52,235 nucleotides of DNA from the IMG/VR virus record IMGVR_UViG_3300046003_002393, positions 1 through 52,235 of that record; one strand, given 5' to 3'. This DNA is from a virus (lineage: Duplodnaviria > Caudoviricetes). The position numbers were made by a program, and so were the translations under genes. The notes beneath the pieces were generated by a model, which had not been told where the DNA came from, did not search any database, and saw only the letters and a program-made list of their open reading frames with translations. This document shows positions 9,301 through 17,669 of the stretch, in pieces. Position 1 is the first letter of the stretch. Every line of letters starts with the position of its first letter.

Positions 9301-12300
9301 GTTACAAAAAGAGTTTGGCTATGATGAAAACGGTAAACCTTTAGACAAAACAAAATTCGCCCAATACCAACTCCCCGGCGGGACTAACTACAGGGAAATG
9401 CTGATTACGTTGCCTTCAAAGAAGGTTCAGCAGGTTGATGTTATGGGGCGGGAGGAACTATCCGCGTGGTACGAAAAAGAAGTCGGATATAGCCCTATTG
9501 AAGAAGACCCGCAAATATCCACAGATGCGTTGCGCGAATTGGTGCGAGCATACGATGCTGAAAATGGTGCGCAGACATCCCCAACGGTCACGTCAGATTT
9601 CAGGTCATCCCACTTCGACCAACCCAACATAGCCGCCCACATCCGCATGAATGACAGGGTAGGCGCGAATGGCGAGAAGATATTATTTATTGAGGAAGTG
9701 CAGTCAGATTGGGGGCAGAAGGGGAAGAAGGAAGGGTTCTCAAAGGTTGCTGATAAGTCAGAGTTGGACGCCATGAAGGAAGAAATGGCCGCGCTCAACA
9801 GAAGGGCAATTAGTGGGCCAAACTTAAATCAAGCAGAGTACGCACGCCTTGATGAACTTATCCGTCTGACTAAAGCAGGGGTATCCTCAACAGCTAACAC
9901 ACCCGGCGTACCATCCGCCCCTTTCGTAACCGACACAAAAGCATGGGCAAGCCTAGCCATGAAGCACGTCATCCAGCAAGCCGTAGAAGGTGGCTATGAC
10001 TCCGTGGCGTGGACGAATGGCGAGCAACAGTTTGATCGCTGGGGCAGTGAAGAAATAGCATGGGTCAAAGAGGGTAAAGGATGGCGTGTTTCAGCTAAAG
10101 AACAGGTTGGAGGTAACGCTGGCGGGGTTGATCTTGAAGGGGCTGCTAGGGCGCGAGGAATACTTAACGAGGAGACTGGCAAGGTTGTCACATCAAAAGA
10201 GCAGCTTCGTTCAATCGTAGCTACTGTGTTAGCGCGTGAGAACAATGATACGGCGATAGATAAAATAGCTGATCGTACATGGGAGCGTATGCAGTCCGAG
10301 GATGCTGGTACTACCATGCCGAGGCGAGAAGGAATGAAAGGCTACTACGATGCCATCCTGCCCCAAGTAGTAAGCGGCATATTCAAGCAGTTGAAGGTTG
10401 AGGGGAAGGTTGAGAGTGTTGAAGTTAGGGGCGGCTACGCCCGTGACAGTAGCGGTATACCTTCACGGTATAAAGAGCTTACTGAGCAACCAGCCTTCAC
10501 CATCACCCCAGAACTAGCAGCCAAAGTCACAAACGAAGGAATGCCTTTCTTCCAAGCTAACAACGCTGAGTTCAATCCTGCAACGCTGATGTCCACGTTC
10601 TATGCGGGTGCGAATCTGTCCAGCATTATTCACGAATCGGGACACTTCTATCTGGAGATGATGGAGCGCCTGGCCAACCGCCCAGACGCGCCTCAGAAGA
10701 TCAAGGATGACTTCAACCTGTACATGGAGTGGTTCGGGATAGCCCCCGAACAATGGGCGGGTATGGATAACGCGGCGCGTACTCCGTATCACGAACAATT
10801 CGCACTGTCTCAGGAGTTGTGGATGATAGAGGGCAAGTCGCCTACGTTGAATCCGAAGATGGAATCCGCCTTCGCTCGTTTCAGGCAGTGGATGTTGAGC
10901 GTCTACACATCGGCGGCGGAGTTCCTTCGGCAACACCCCTCGGCTGGAAAGCTGAACGATGAAGTGCGGGCCGCGTTCAGTCGTCTGATCGCCAGCGAAG
11001 AAGCGATTCGCGAAGCTGAAGTGGTGAGGGGTTACGTTCCCTTGTTCCAGACCGCTGCGGAGGCTGGCGTATCACAAGAAGCGTTCGACGAATACATGAA
11101 CCTTCGTGAGGAGTTCATCCAGAAGGCGATAAGCACCGCACAGAAGCGTTCCATGCGCGATCTGAAGTGGTTGTCGAACGCGCAGAGTGGTGCGTTGAAG
11201 AAGATTCAAGATCAGGCAGAGGGGTTAAGGTCAACGATCCGTGAGGAGGTAGCAGCGGAGGTGATGGCCGAACCGATCAACCGCGCAAGGCAAGCCATGC
11301 TTAACGGTGAAGTTAAAATGAACATCGAGGAGTTAGGTGCGATGGTCAATAGTCCAGCCGTAGCAGGGATGGTGGCTAAAGACGGGATGCCTTTGGATGT
11401 GGTGGCCGCGCAGTTCGGTTTCCCTTCTTCAGAGGCACTCCTTCAAGAGCTTGCCCATGCGGAGAATGCTCAAGAAAAGATCGCAGGATTGACCGATCAG
11501 CGCATGTTGCAGGAGCACGGCGATATGGTCGATGCGCGTGCTATCGAGAAAGCGATGTACGCTGCGGTGCAGAACGAGGCACTTACCCGCTTTCTGGCCA
11601 CCGGCTTGAAATTACTCTCCAAGTCGAGCCTACCGATCAGTCAGATCACGAAAGCGGCGAAGCTGAAGGCGCAAGAAACAATCTCCAAGATACCACTGAA
11701 TAAGTTACGCCCCGCATACTACGAAGCGGCGGAACGTAAAGCCCTCGCTACCGCCCTAGAGAACGCGGGGAAAGACCCCGCCAGAGCGATAGCGGCGCAA
11801 CAGGCGGCGATACTGAACCGTCAGCTTCACAAAGCGGCTACAGAGACTCAGGAGAGGATTCAGGCTGACGTCGCACGGCTGAAGCGAATCACTAAACCCG
11901 CAGCGCAAAAAGCGATGGGTGGAGAACACATACTGCAACTCAACGCGCTGATAGACCGCTTTGGTATCCGTAGCAAGAACACCCTACTTACTGAGGGCAC
12001 ACCGCGCAAGTCTCTTGCGGAATACGCCGCGACGGAACAGCTTCGCACTTTGAACGCCTACCTGGAGGGAGAAGCGAAGCGCCTCTCCGCGATCGCGCTC
12101 AACGTCCCGAGTTGGATTGCTGACGGTAGCATATCGCAGGACTACAACTCGCTGACAGTAGCGCAGTTCGACGAGTTGATGGATTCGGTGAAAGCGATAG
12201 AGCTACTCGCTAGGCGCGAGCGCGAACAGTACGCCGCTTTTCGCGGGGCAACTTTCGCAGAAGCGAAGGCGAAGAACCTTGCGGTATTCAGGAAGAATTT

Positions 12301-14356
12301 CCCCAAGCTATTCCTCCCGAACGGTCAACTAAAGCCAACCGTGACAGACCCACGGCATAGCGTTGCAAATTCTTTAGGCGACACTTCGGATGCCGTACAA
12401 GCTGCGCTCTCAAGTTCGGAAGCGATAGTGAGTATCCTCGAAGGTGGAAAAGTCGGAGACTTGTTCTACTCCTTGATATGGCCGATGAGTTCACGGAACG
12501 ACTGGAAAGTTGCTCGGATGGAGGAGATATTCAAGGCGGTGCAACCTCTGCTCGACCAGTACAATCCGCTTGAACAAATAGCGTTCACACGCAAAGATAT
12601 CGGTACAGAGGCGCTTGGATTCGTAATGACCCGCGAGGCGGCTCTCACTGTCACGCTTTATCATGGCAGTGAAACGGGTCAGGATAGACTGAGCAATCAC
12701 ACGCTCACCAACGGTAAGCGATTGGATGTCGCTACGCAGCAGAAAGTCATCGACTTATTGGATGCGCGGGATATTAAGTTGGCAAACGGTTTGTGGGCGG
12801 TGTTCGATAAAACTCTGTGGCCTGAGCTAAAGGCGCTGGATGAACGGACTAAAGGCAAGGGCGCTCCGAAGGTTGAAGCAATGTCTCACAAGGCAAAGAA
12901 CGGAGACCTCACCGGCGGGTACTATGAGATTAAGTACGACACGGAAGAGAGCGCGACCCCTGGGAATGAAGCCAGCGCGGTAGCTGAGATGATGTCGGGA
13001 CAAGCCAGTGGGAGAAGGGTCTCCACGGCTCAAGGAACCAGCATTGCGCGGGAGGAGCACACCAAGTACCGTCCTCGCTTGGATTTGGGCGTGTTCTTCG
13101 AGACCGTCAACAAGGTGGTGAACGATCTGGCGTACCGTGAAGTTGTGGCCGACACCCAACGCATGTTGCTCGACCCGGACATAGAGACGGTGATCAAGAC
13201 TGCGGGATCGAAAGTGGAGTACCAAACCTTGCAGCACCGCGTTGGCGCGATGGTTATGGGAGCGCAACTCCCCTCAGGGCCTTTCGAGAAGGCGGCGGAT
13301 TTAGCAAGAAAAAATACTTCCGTTGTGCTTCTCTCAGGGATATGGACAGGATTGCAGAACTACACGAACTTGAGCGCGGTAGCCGATGAACTAGGCACTG
13401 CGAACGTCGCGTGGGAAACTCTCAGGATGCACAGTCCGATGGCCATATCCGCGTTTCGCTTTGGCATGAAGAACTCTGTCTTCTTGCGCAACTATCATCT
13501 TAGCTTCGACCGTACCGTGCAGGAGAACAGCAAGAAGCTGACATCGAAGCAGAAGTTCATGCCCAACATGTCCACATGGTTGTGGTTCATGGGTAAGATT
13601 AACCAGATCGTAGCTTCGATAACATGGAACGCCGCGTACAAGAAGGGGATGGCTCTAAACCAGAACGACCATAACGTGTCGGTCATCTACGCCGATAACA
13701 GGACGAGAAAACTTGTTGGGTCTGGGCGCGATGCTGATGTCACCAAGATCGCAGAGGGACACTGGCTTCCGTTGTTGAACATGATGTACAGCTTCTTCAA
13801 CTCACAGTTAATGATACTGATGGAGAAGTCAACACTGCTCAAGCGCACACTGAAGAGCGATGAGGAGACAGCGGCGTTCAAAGCCAAAGCCGTTGCGCTA
13901 TACGCGAAGTCATGGCTTATGATCGTGGCTATCCCTGCGATACTGGGGGACATGGCCTTGGGCGCGTTCAGGGGCGATCCAGATAAGGACGACGAAGATA
14001 AGTTGACTCACTACTTGAAAGCGATTGGGCTGTATAACATCTCATTCATTCCAGGTGGAGGCTCGGTCGGGGCTTTCCTATACCGTAAAGGTCTTGACAT
14101 GGACTCTTACGGACTCAAGATTTCCCCCGTCGAGGCGGCTATCACAGGAGTCGCTGCGGGGGCTGGCTCCGCAGTAGACATCTGGAACGATGAGGGCGAC
14201 ATCAAGGATGTGGGCAACGAGATAATGGCGTTGAGCTATATGCTCGGCCTTCCAGGGAGCTTCGTCAAGAATGCCGTTGTTGGAGGGTACGCCTACGCTA
14301 ATGAGCAAGCGGGACCAGAAGCACTACTCTTCGGGCCGCCGAAGGTTCCGAGGTGA
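6326..14356 (+). CDS. Giant internal virion / DNA ejection protein (gp16-like position; large polyvalent-type)
   Basis: 2676 aa; HESGH zincin-like motif at 10631-10645; central globular cassettes (LPGGTNYRE, SHFDQPN, FIEEVQSDW); hydrophobic C-terminal helices; last of three ejection genes before the tail fibre. Confidence 0.75.
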   Translation: MGNLDDAILDEIIAQRGSGVPPQSIPGTLAPSPPASAQRANPDDAILDEIIAQRDPNAATAARVQQALGDAEGKKPEDEARRAQLAEQLGTVPGLLPSIPEAEAELRRKQLPTQAADLAANSPKTANWSLVPGHTARAGTLGLTALAKLEESFPSIGYPATKLRSGLASASAGTAKLIDDLASSIYNHVYGGYEDLKAKHRADAGIPKLNPHDTFMGRLAKSEQDRSESLAARADIIDPSHKDKKYAVGWSDENAAYKDPMKMFGDALQSLPSTALLIAASVASRGAAVEARLTSLAESAAAGIAESVAAATATKAAIAAASKTMAIFQGIGEGVLSYAQNSLSTTSEVEKMAYDKIASSPTLQKYIKMGYGPDVAQELTAREAGQQSGIRGGALTGLIAFIGGKFTGKFIGEGGAFLPRFGKGAINEALVEAPQGGQEQWQTNLAIREHADKTRQPGEGVLEATVQGAVLGPIIGGPIAGFAGKHTQAQQAVTDRDTLNKLALDAAGNPVREHSPKPYRDFIDSLTEGRPVREVFIDTNILRDVFAQAGVTERELTTVFPEVAAQLADEANTEGFVSIKTSDLITGIKTPEILKSVLDNARVQTDGEMGMTFAEAEAFFQTQNEGLTRAQVKAAEVQAAAKQHAQDIAEIRQTITDELVATGRYDRTIAATNAVPITAFYEQRARDFNAGRAKEDFTTAKQLFEQYPYKAQGEASKSIGENFAQTSRLEDFSDPNTFYRVIRGDKAFQDILDTGTVRTDSTKKTGLDRPTLFPSFSKGGVSESYAEGEDNHYVITSTDSSIQPSKKGRHGKGTTMFPTDLAGNHLPSIEGSKVNVYKHTGKGNYELVYSNGKQVTQGGEKGSFNQGGAATPSIPEQFYSQLRKVFRDAPEKIFTGGAQVKAWLASNHGKLGIKKEEIFWSGINEYLDITGKVSKADVLAFLDGNGAKVEVKMLGKEPTNAAEFKKREDELDDLRDRGGRISHDEWRRRMTELQKEFGYDENGKPLDKTKFAQYQLPGGTNYREMLITLPSKKVQQVDVMGREELSAWYEKEVGYSPIEEDPQISTDALRELVRAYDAENGAQTSPTVTSDFRSSHFDQPNIAAHIRMNDRVGANGEKILFIEEVQSDWGQKGKKEGFSKVADKSELDAMKEEMAALNRRAISGPNLNQAEYARLDELIRLTKAGVSSTANTPGVPSAPFVTDTKAWASLAMKHVIQQAVEGGYDSVAWTNGEQQFDRWGSEEIAWVKEGKGWRVSAKEQVGGNAGGVDLEGAARARGILNEETGKVVTSKEQLRSIVATVLARENNDTAIDKIADRTWERMQSEDAGTTMPRREGMKGYYDAILPQVVSGIFKQLKVEGKVESVEVRGGYARDSSGIPSRYKELTEQPAFTITPELAAKVTNEGMPFFQANNAEFNPATLMSTFYAGANLSSIIHESGHFYLEMMERLANRPDAPQKIKDDFNLYMEWFGIAPEQWAGMDNAARTPYHEQFALSQELWMIEGKSPTLNPKMESAFARFRQWMLSVYTSAAEFLRQHPSAGKLNDEVRAAFSRLIASEEAIREAEVVRGYVPLFQTAAEAGVSQEAFDEYMNLREEFIQKAISTAQKRSMRDLKWLSNAQSGALKKIQDQAEGLRSTIREEVAAEVMAEPINRARQAMLNGEVKMNIEELGAMVNSPAVAGMVAKDGMPLDVVAAQFGFPSSEALLQELAHAENAQEKIAGLTDQRMLQEHGDMVDARAIEKAMYAAVQNEALTRFLATGLKLLSKSSLPISQITKAAKLKAQETISKIPLNKLRPAYYEAAERKALATALENAGKDPARAIAAQQAAILNRQLHKAATETQERIQADVARLKRITKPAAQKAMGGEHILQLNALIDRFGIRSKNTLLTEGTPRKSLAEYAATEQLRTLNAYLEGEAKRLSAIALNVPSWIADGSISQDYNSLTVAQFDELMDSVKAIELLARREREQYAAFRGATFAEAKAKNLAVFRKNFPKLFLPNGQLKPTVTDPRHSVANSLGDTSDAVQAALSSSEAIVSILEGGKVGDLFYSLIWPMSSRNDWKVARMEEIFKAVQPLLDQYNPLEQIAFTRKDIGTEALGFVMTREAALTVTLYHGSETGQDRLSNHTLTNGKRLDVATQQKVIDLLDARDIKLANGLWAVFDKTLWPELKALDERTKGKGAPKVEAMSHKAKNGDLTGGYYEIKYDTEESATPGNEASAVAEMMSGQASGRRVSTAQGTSIAREEHTKYRPRLDLGVFFETVNKVVNDLAYREVVADTQRMLLDPDIETVIKTAGSKVEYQTLQHRVGAMVMGAQLPSGPFEKAADLARKNTSVVLLSGIWTGLQNYTNLSAVADELGTANVAWETLRMHSPMAISAFRFGMKNSVFLRNYHLSFDRTVQENSKKLTSKQKFMPNMSTWLWFMGKINQIVASITWNAAYKKGMALNQNDHNVSVIYADNRTRKLVGSGRDADVTKIAEGHWLPLLNMMYSFFNSQLMILMEKSTLLKRTLKSDEETAAFKAKAVALYAKSWLMIVAIPAILGDMALGAFRGDPDKDDEDKLTHYLKAIGLYNISFIPGGGSVGAFLYRKGLDMDSYGLKISPVEAAITGVAAGAGSAVDIWNDEGDIKDVGNEIMALSYMLGLPGSFVKNAVVGGYAYANEQAGPEALLFGPPKVPR

Positions 14357-14406
14357 TACCGAAGCATATTTTTAAGCTATAATCATGCAAACATAGAGGG
14401 GTTATC

Positions 14407-15897
14407 ATGGCACAGCAAGACAGAATCGCAGGATTGATTGGCTCGTTGGGCATGAAACCCCCGTGCCGTGTTGTAACCTCATCGAACATAACCCTCTCGG
14501 GCACGCAGACGATAGACGATGTTGCCCTCGCGGTCGATGATCGCGTGTTGGTCAGAAGTCAAACCGATCCAGTTGAGAACGGTATCTACTACGTCACCGC
14601 AGTGGCGTGGGAACGCGCCCCAGACTTCGATGGTGTGCGAGACGTACTCAGGGGAACGACGGTATCCGTCGCAGAGGGTGCAACCTACGTCAATACTATC
14701 TGGCAGTTGTCCTCAAGCGGCGTATTGATCGGGACTTCGGAGTTATCGTTTACCCAGATACTCGGAAGCGGAAGTAGCGGTCTCAGCGCCAGCGCGTTCA
14801 TGCAGACTGTTCTCGACGACACGACCGCCGCTATTGCAAGGGCGACTCTCGGTGCGGCGAATCTGGCAGGAGATGCCGCCCAGAACTTTTCGGCGGATTC
14901 CTTAGCGGTAACTACCGCGCTCGATCTCCCCGGGCCAAGCAAGGTGAACTCATCTGGATACCTCGGTCTAGGCACTACATCACCCACCAGTTTTCTACAC
15001 GTCAATGAAACATCCACATCATCGACCCGCGACACCTCCAACATCGTTAGGACAACGAGCCACACTGGGGGAACCGCCGGTGTTGTCGCAGCGGCGAGTC
15101 GAATCGTCCACACGGTTAACGCAGCGGCTACCAACTATGAGTATGGCCAGTCGGTTACTTTAGAAAACTATGGGGCTTCGAGTTACAACATCGCGGGATA
15201 TTTCAGGGGTAATAAGCGTGCTGTGGGGAGTACGGAAGCCGGTACGTTCGAGGCTAAAGATTACACCGCCGTTGTGAACCCGACGGGGGCACTCCATGCT
15301 TTGCTGGCTACCATCTCCGCGAACGGTTTCGACGGTTTCGGCACACGCTTCGGTTTGGAGATTGTCAGTGGTCGAGTTAACCTCGCGGGTACCGCCGCTA
15401 ATATAACAGCGGGGATTCGTATCGCCGCAGTAGGTACCGATACCGCAGGGTCATATTACACCAGCGGTATCGAACTGAAGAACGACATGCAATCCGCCAT
15501 AAAGATAAACACTTCAGGCGCGAACACCTCTTATGGTATTAAGTTTGAAACTAACCTGCCTATTGGGATCGAGATGCCCTCTGGCGCTGCGGGGGGTATC
15601 GGGATACGGATGCCTGGGACGTACGTCAACGGGGCAATTATGATCGCGCAGGGGCAGAAGATAGTGTTCGACATCACCGGCGTTGGTGCGAGTCTGCGCG
15701 AGGACTCCGTTGTATCTGGCGCGGTGGGCTTTGAGAACTGTTGGGTCAACTTCGCCCAAGGTTGGGGGGTGACTGCGGGGACACTTCTCGCTAGTTCTGC
15801 TTCTGGCGGAGCGGCTACCGCGCTACCTGCTTTACCAAGTGGATACCTCAAGTTCAAGATTGACGGCGCTAATTACAAGTTACCGTATTACAACTAA
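14407..15897 (+). CDS. Tail fibre / receptor-binding protein
   Basis: 496 aa; N-terminal NITLSGTQTIDDV...DRVLVRSQTDPVENGIY attachment domain; SAFMQTVLDDTTAAIARATLG linker; Gly/Ile beta repeats; C-terminal YKLPYYN. Confidence 0.75.
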   Translation: MAQQDRIAGLIGSLGMKPPCRVVTSSNITLSGTQTIDDVALAVDDRVLVRSQTDPVENGIYYVTAVAWERAPDFDGVRDVLRGTTVSVAEGATYVNTIWQLSSSGVLIGTSELSFTQILGSGSSGLSASAFMQTVLDDTTAAIARATLGAANLAGDAAQNFSADSLAVTTALDLPGPSKVNSSGYLGLGTTSPTSFLHVNETSTSSTRDTSNIVRTTSHTGGTAGVVAAASRIVHTVNAAATNYEYGQSVTLENYGASSYNIAGYFRGNKRAVGSTEAGTFEAKDYTAVVNPTGALHALLATISANGFDGFGTRFGLEIVSGRVNLAGTAANITAGIRIAAVGTDTAGSYYTSGIELKNDMQSAIKINTSGANTSYGIKFETNLPIGIEMPSGAAGGIGIRMPGTYVNGAIMIAQGQKIVFDITGVGASLREDSVVSGAVGFENCWVNFAQGWGVTAGTLLASSASGGAATALPALPSGYLKFKIDGANYKLPYYN

Positions 15898-15913
15898 GAA
15901 GAGGATAACAACA

Positions 15914-16105
15914 ATGCACTCCATAATTCTGAGCGATGAAGACTTGCGTTTCATTAACGAAGCCGCCAGCATTTTAATGTCCCACTACAAAGCGGTGGCG
16001 TTTTTAGGCAACATCAACGGCCAGGCGGCTAAGAGTGCTCAAGACCAGAAGGAACGCCAGAAAGAACAGTTTGACGCCGCTGTTGCGGCTGCGGTTCTTG
16101 CGTAG
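15914..16105 (+). CDS. Small hypothetical protein (possible fibre chaperone)
   Basis: ATG 15914 after GAGGA SD; 63 aa directly after the fibre gene. Confidence 0.5.
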   Translation: MHSIILSDEDLRFINEAASILMSHYKAVAFLGNINGQAAKSAQDQKERQKEQFDAAVAAAVLA

Positions 16106-16140
16106 AAACGATTTCACAACAATAAACAAGGAAGTCTGAG

Positions 16141-16455
16141 ATGAGTGATAATGTTGGAGATGATGATAGCTACCGGGACAGGTGGCCAGACCAGCACAAC
16201 AGACGGAAGAGCGACAATAAATTCTCAGTTAGTGCCGCATTTAATATCACACATATTATAGCTACTATAGGCCTGATAGTTTCCATGTTCAGTTGGGCGA
16301 CAGAAGTTAAAACCATCATCGCAACCAATACCGCCGAGATTGCTAATCTGAAAGCGGAGCGCGTGCGTGAAACCGCCGAGTTAAGAACAACCGTGCGGGA
16401 GATTGATGCTAAGGTGACGCGGCTCCTCGAGCGTGGGAATGGTGACAGGCAATGA
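16141..16455 (+). CDS. Single-TM membrane protein with coiled coil (holin/antiholin-like)
   Basis: RRKSD motif, one hydrophobic helix, ATGA overlap with the endolysin. Confidence 0.55.
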   Translation: MSDNVGDDDSYRDRWPDQHNRRKSDNKFSVSAAFNITHIIATIGLIVSMFSWATEVKTIIATNTAEIANLKAERVRETAELRTTVREIDAKVTRLLERGNGDRQ

Positions 16456-16868
16456 TTAACAGTAGACAGATCGCTGACCTTCACCCCAAGGTGCAGGAGT
16501 TGTGTAAGAAATTCATTGCTGAGTGCATGGTCGACGGTATTGATGTCATCATCACTTCCACCTACCGCGACAAGGAATCGCAAGACGCGCTGTACGCACA
16601 GGGCAGGGCTACTGCTGGTGCTATCGTAACAAACGCTCATGGCGGCTGGTCATACCATAACTACCGACTGGCTTTCGACTTCGCGCCTATCCAGAATGGA
16701 AAGATCGACTGGAACAACACTGCCTTGTGGGAGAAGTGCGGGCGTATTGCTGAGGACGTTGGATTGGAGTGGGCGGGACGATGGGAGCATAATCGCGAAA
16801 TGGCGCACTGCCAATTTACTGATGGGCTGAAGATAGCGCAACTTTTTAACGGAGAAATGATCTCGTGA
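16452..16868 (+). CDS. Endolysin, M15 family L-Ala-D-Glu peptidase
   Basis: TYRDKESQDALYAQGR, SYHNYRLAFD (SxHxxxxAxD), GLEWAGRW...EMAH. Confidence 0.92.
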   Translation: MINSRQIADLHPKVQELCKKFIAECMVDGIDVIITSTYRDKESQDALYAQGRATAGAIVTNAHGGWSYHNYRLAFDFAPIQNGKIDWNNTALWEKCGRIAEDVGLEWAGRWEHNREMAHCQFTDGLKIAQLFNGEMIS

Positions 16869-16944
16869 AGAATTTTATAGAACGTGTTAAAGGCTGGCTC
16901 ATTGCACTCAAAGTTTGGTTCCGCACTTTTCCAAAAGAGAAATA

Positions 16945-17175
16945 ATGGCATTTTGGGAGTGGGTAGATAAGCGGCAGATCGTCAGGCGTGGGGTGTTGTT
17001 GTTCACTCTGGTGATGACTTATCTCGCATTCAGACTCGGTTACGACTTTGCACTGGTGTCCAGGTTCGATGGGGTTGGAACCGCCGCTGTTATAGCGGCC
17101 TTCACCGCGCCCGTGGCGTACCTGCAGAAATCCGCGCTCGATTCGTACTTAGCCAACAAAGGAAAACCAGAATGA
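16945..17175 (+). CDS. Putative holin (two TM helices)
   Basis: Two hydrophobic segments, located between endolysin and spanins; ATG at 16945. Confidence 0.6.
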   Translation: MAFWEWVDKRQIVRRGVLLFTLVMTYLAFRLGYDFALVSRFDGVGTAAVIAAFTAPVAYLQKSALDSYLANKGKPE

Positions 17176-17651
17176 ACCCCTACGTGCTGCTTGCAGTGAT
17201 ACTCTTCCTTGCCGGCTCACATACCACTGCTTACTTTCAAGGTCGTGGAGCGCGTGACGATGAAGTAAAGGTAGAGAATGCTAAGATCGCTGCCAAAGCC
17301 GCTGCGGAGTATAAAGTAGCTGTAGATTACGGCAACAAGAAAGCTGCCGAGGTGCAAGAACTAGAGCGCTCATCTGCTGAAGTGTTAACGGAGGTATTAA
17401 TCAATGTTGCTAAAATCACTACTGGGAAGTCTTGCTTGTCTGCTGATGCTGTCAGGCTGCTCAACAAACCCACTAAGGTCTCTGGTCTGTCCCCACGTCC
17501 CCGCGACCCTGATGAAGAAAGTGCCGGAGGAGTTGCCTCCGATACCGACATCGTTAACTGGATTGCCAGAGCACAAGATCAGTATAAAAAGTGTGCTGCC
17601 AATAACAACGGGATTGTAGATATTTTAGTTAATGGCGAAAAACTAAAATAG
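17172..17651 (+). CDS. Rz: i-spanin (Rz-like)
   Basis: N-terminal TM anchor followed by coiled coil; contains a nested lipoprotein ORF. Confidence 0.8.
   Translation: MNPYVLLAVILFLAGSHTTAYFQGRGARDDEVKVENAKIAAKAAAEYKVAVDYGNKKAAEVQELERSSAEVLTEVLINVAKITTGKSCLSADAVRLLNKPTKVSGLSPRPRDPDEESAGGVASDTDIVNWIARAQDQYKKCAANNNGIVDILVNGEKLK
17404..17619 (+). CDS. Rz1: o-spanin (Rz1-like lipoprotein, embedded in Rz)
   Basis: Signal peptide with lipobox LSGC, Pro-rich mature part, +1 frame inside Rz. Confidence 0.8.
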   Translation: MLLKSLLGSLACLLMLSGCSTNPLRSLVCPHVPATLMKKVPEELPPIPTSLTGLPEHKISIKSVLPITTGL

Positions 17652-17669
17652 CGTTGGAGTTGTTTTAGT

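Noticed and set aside
14407-16105. Diversity-generating retroelement as in BPP-1
   Set aside because: No reverse transcriptase ORF and no template/variable repeat pair seen near the fibre genes
17404-17619. Nested lipoprotein ORF as a novel overlap
   Set aside because: Embedded Rz/Rz1 spanin architecture is well established
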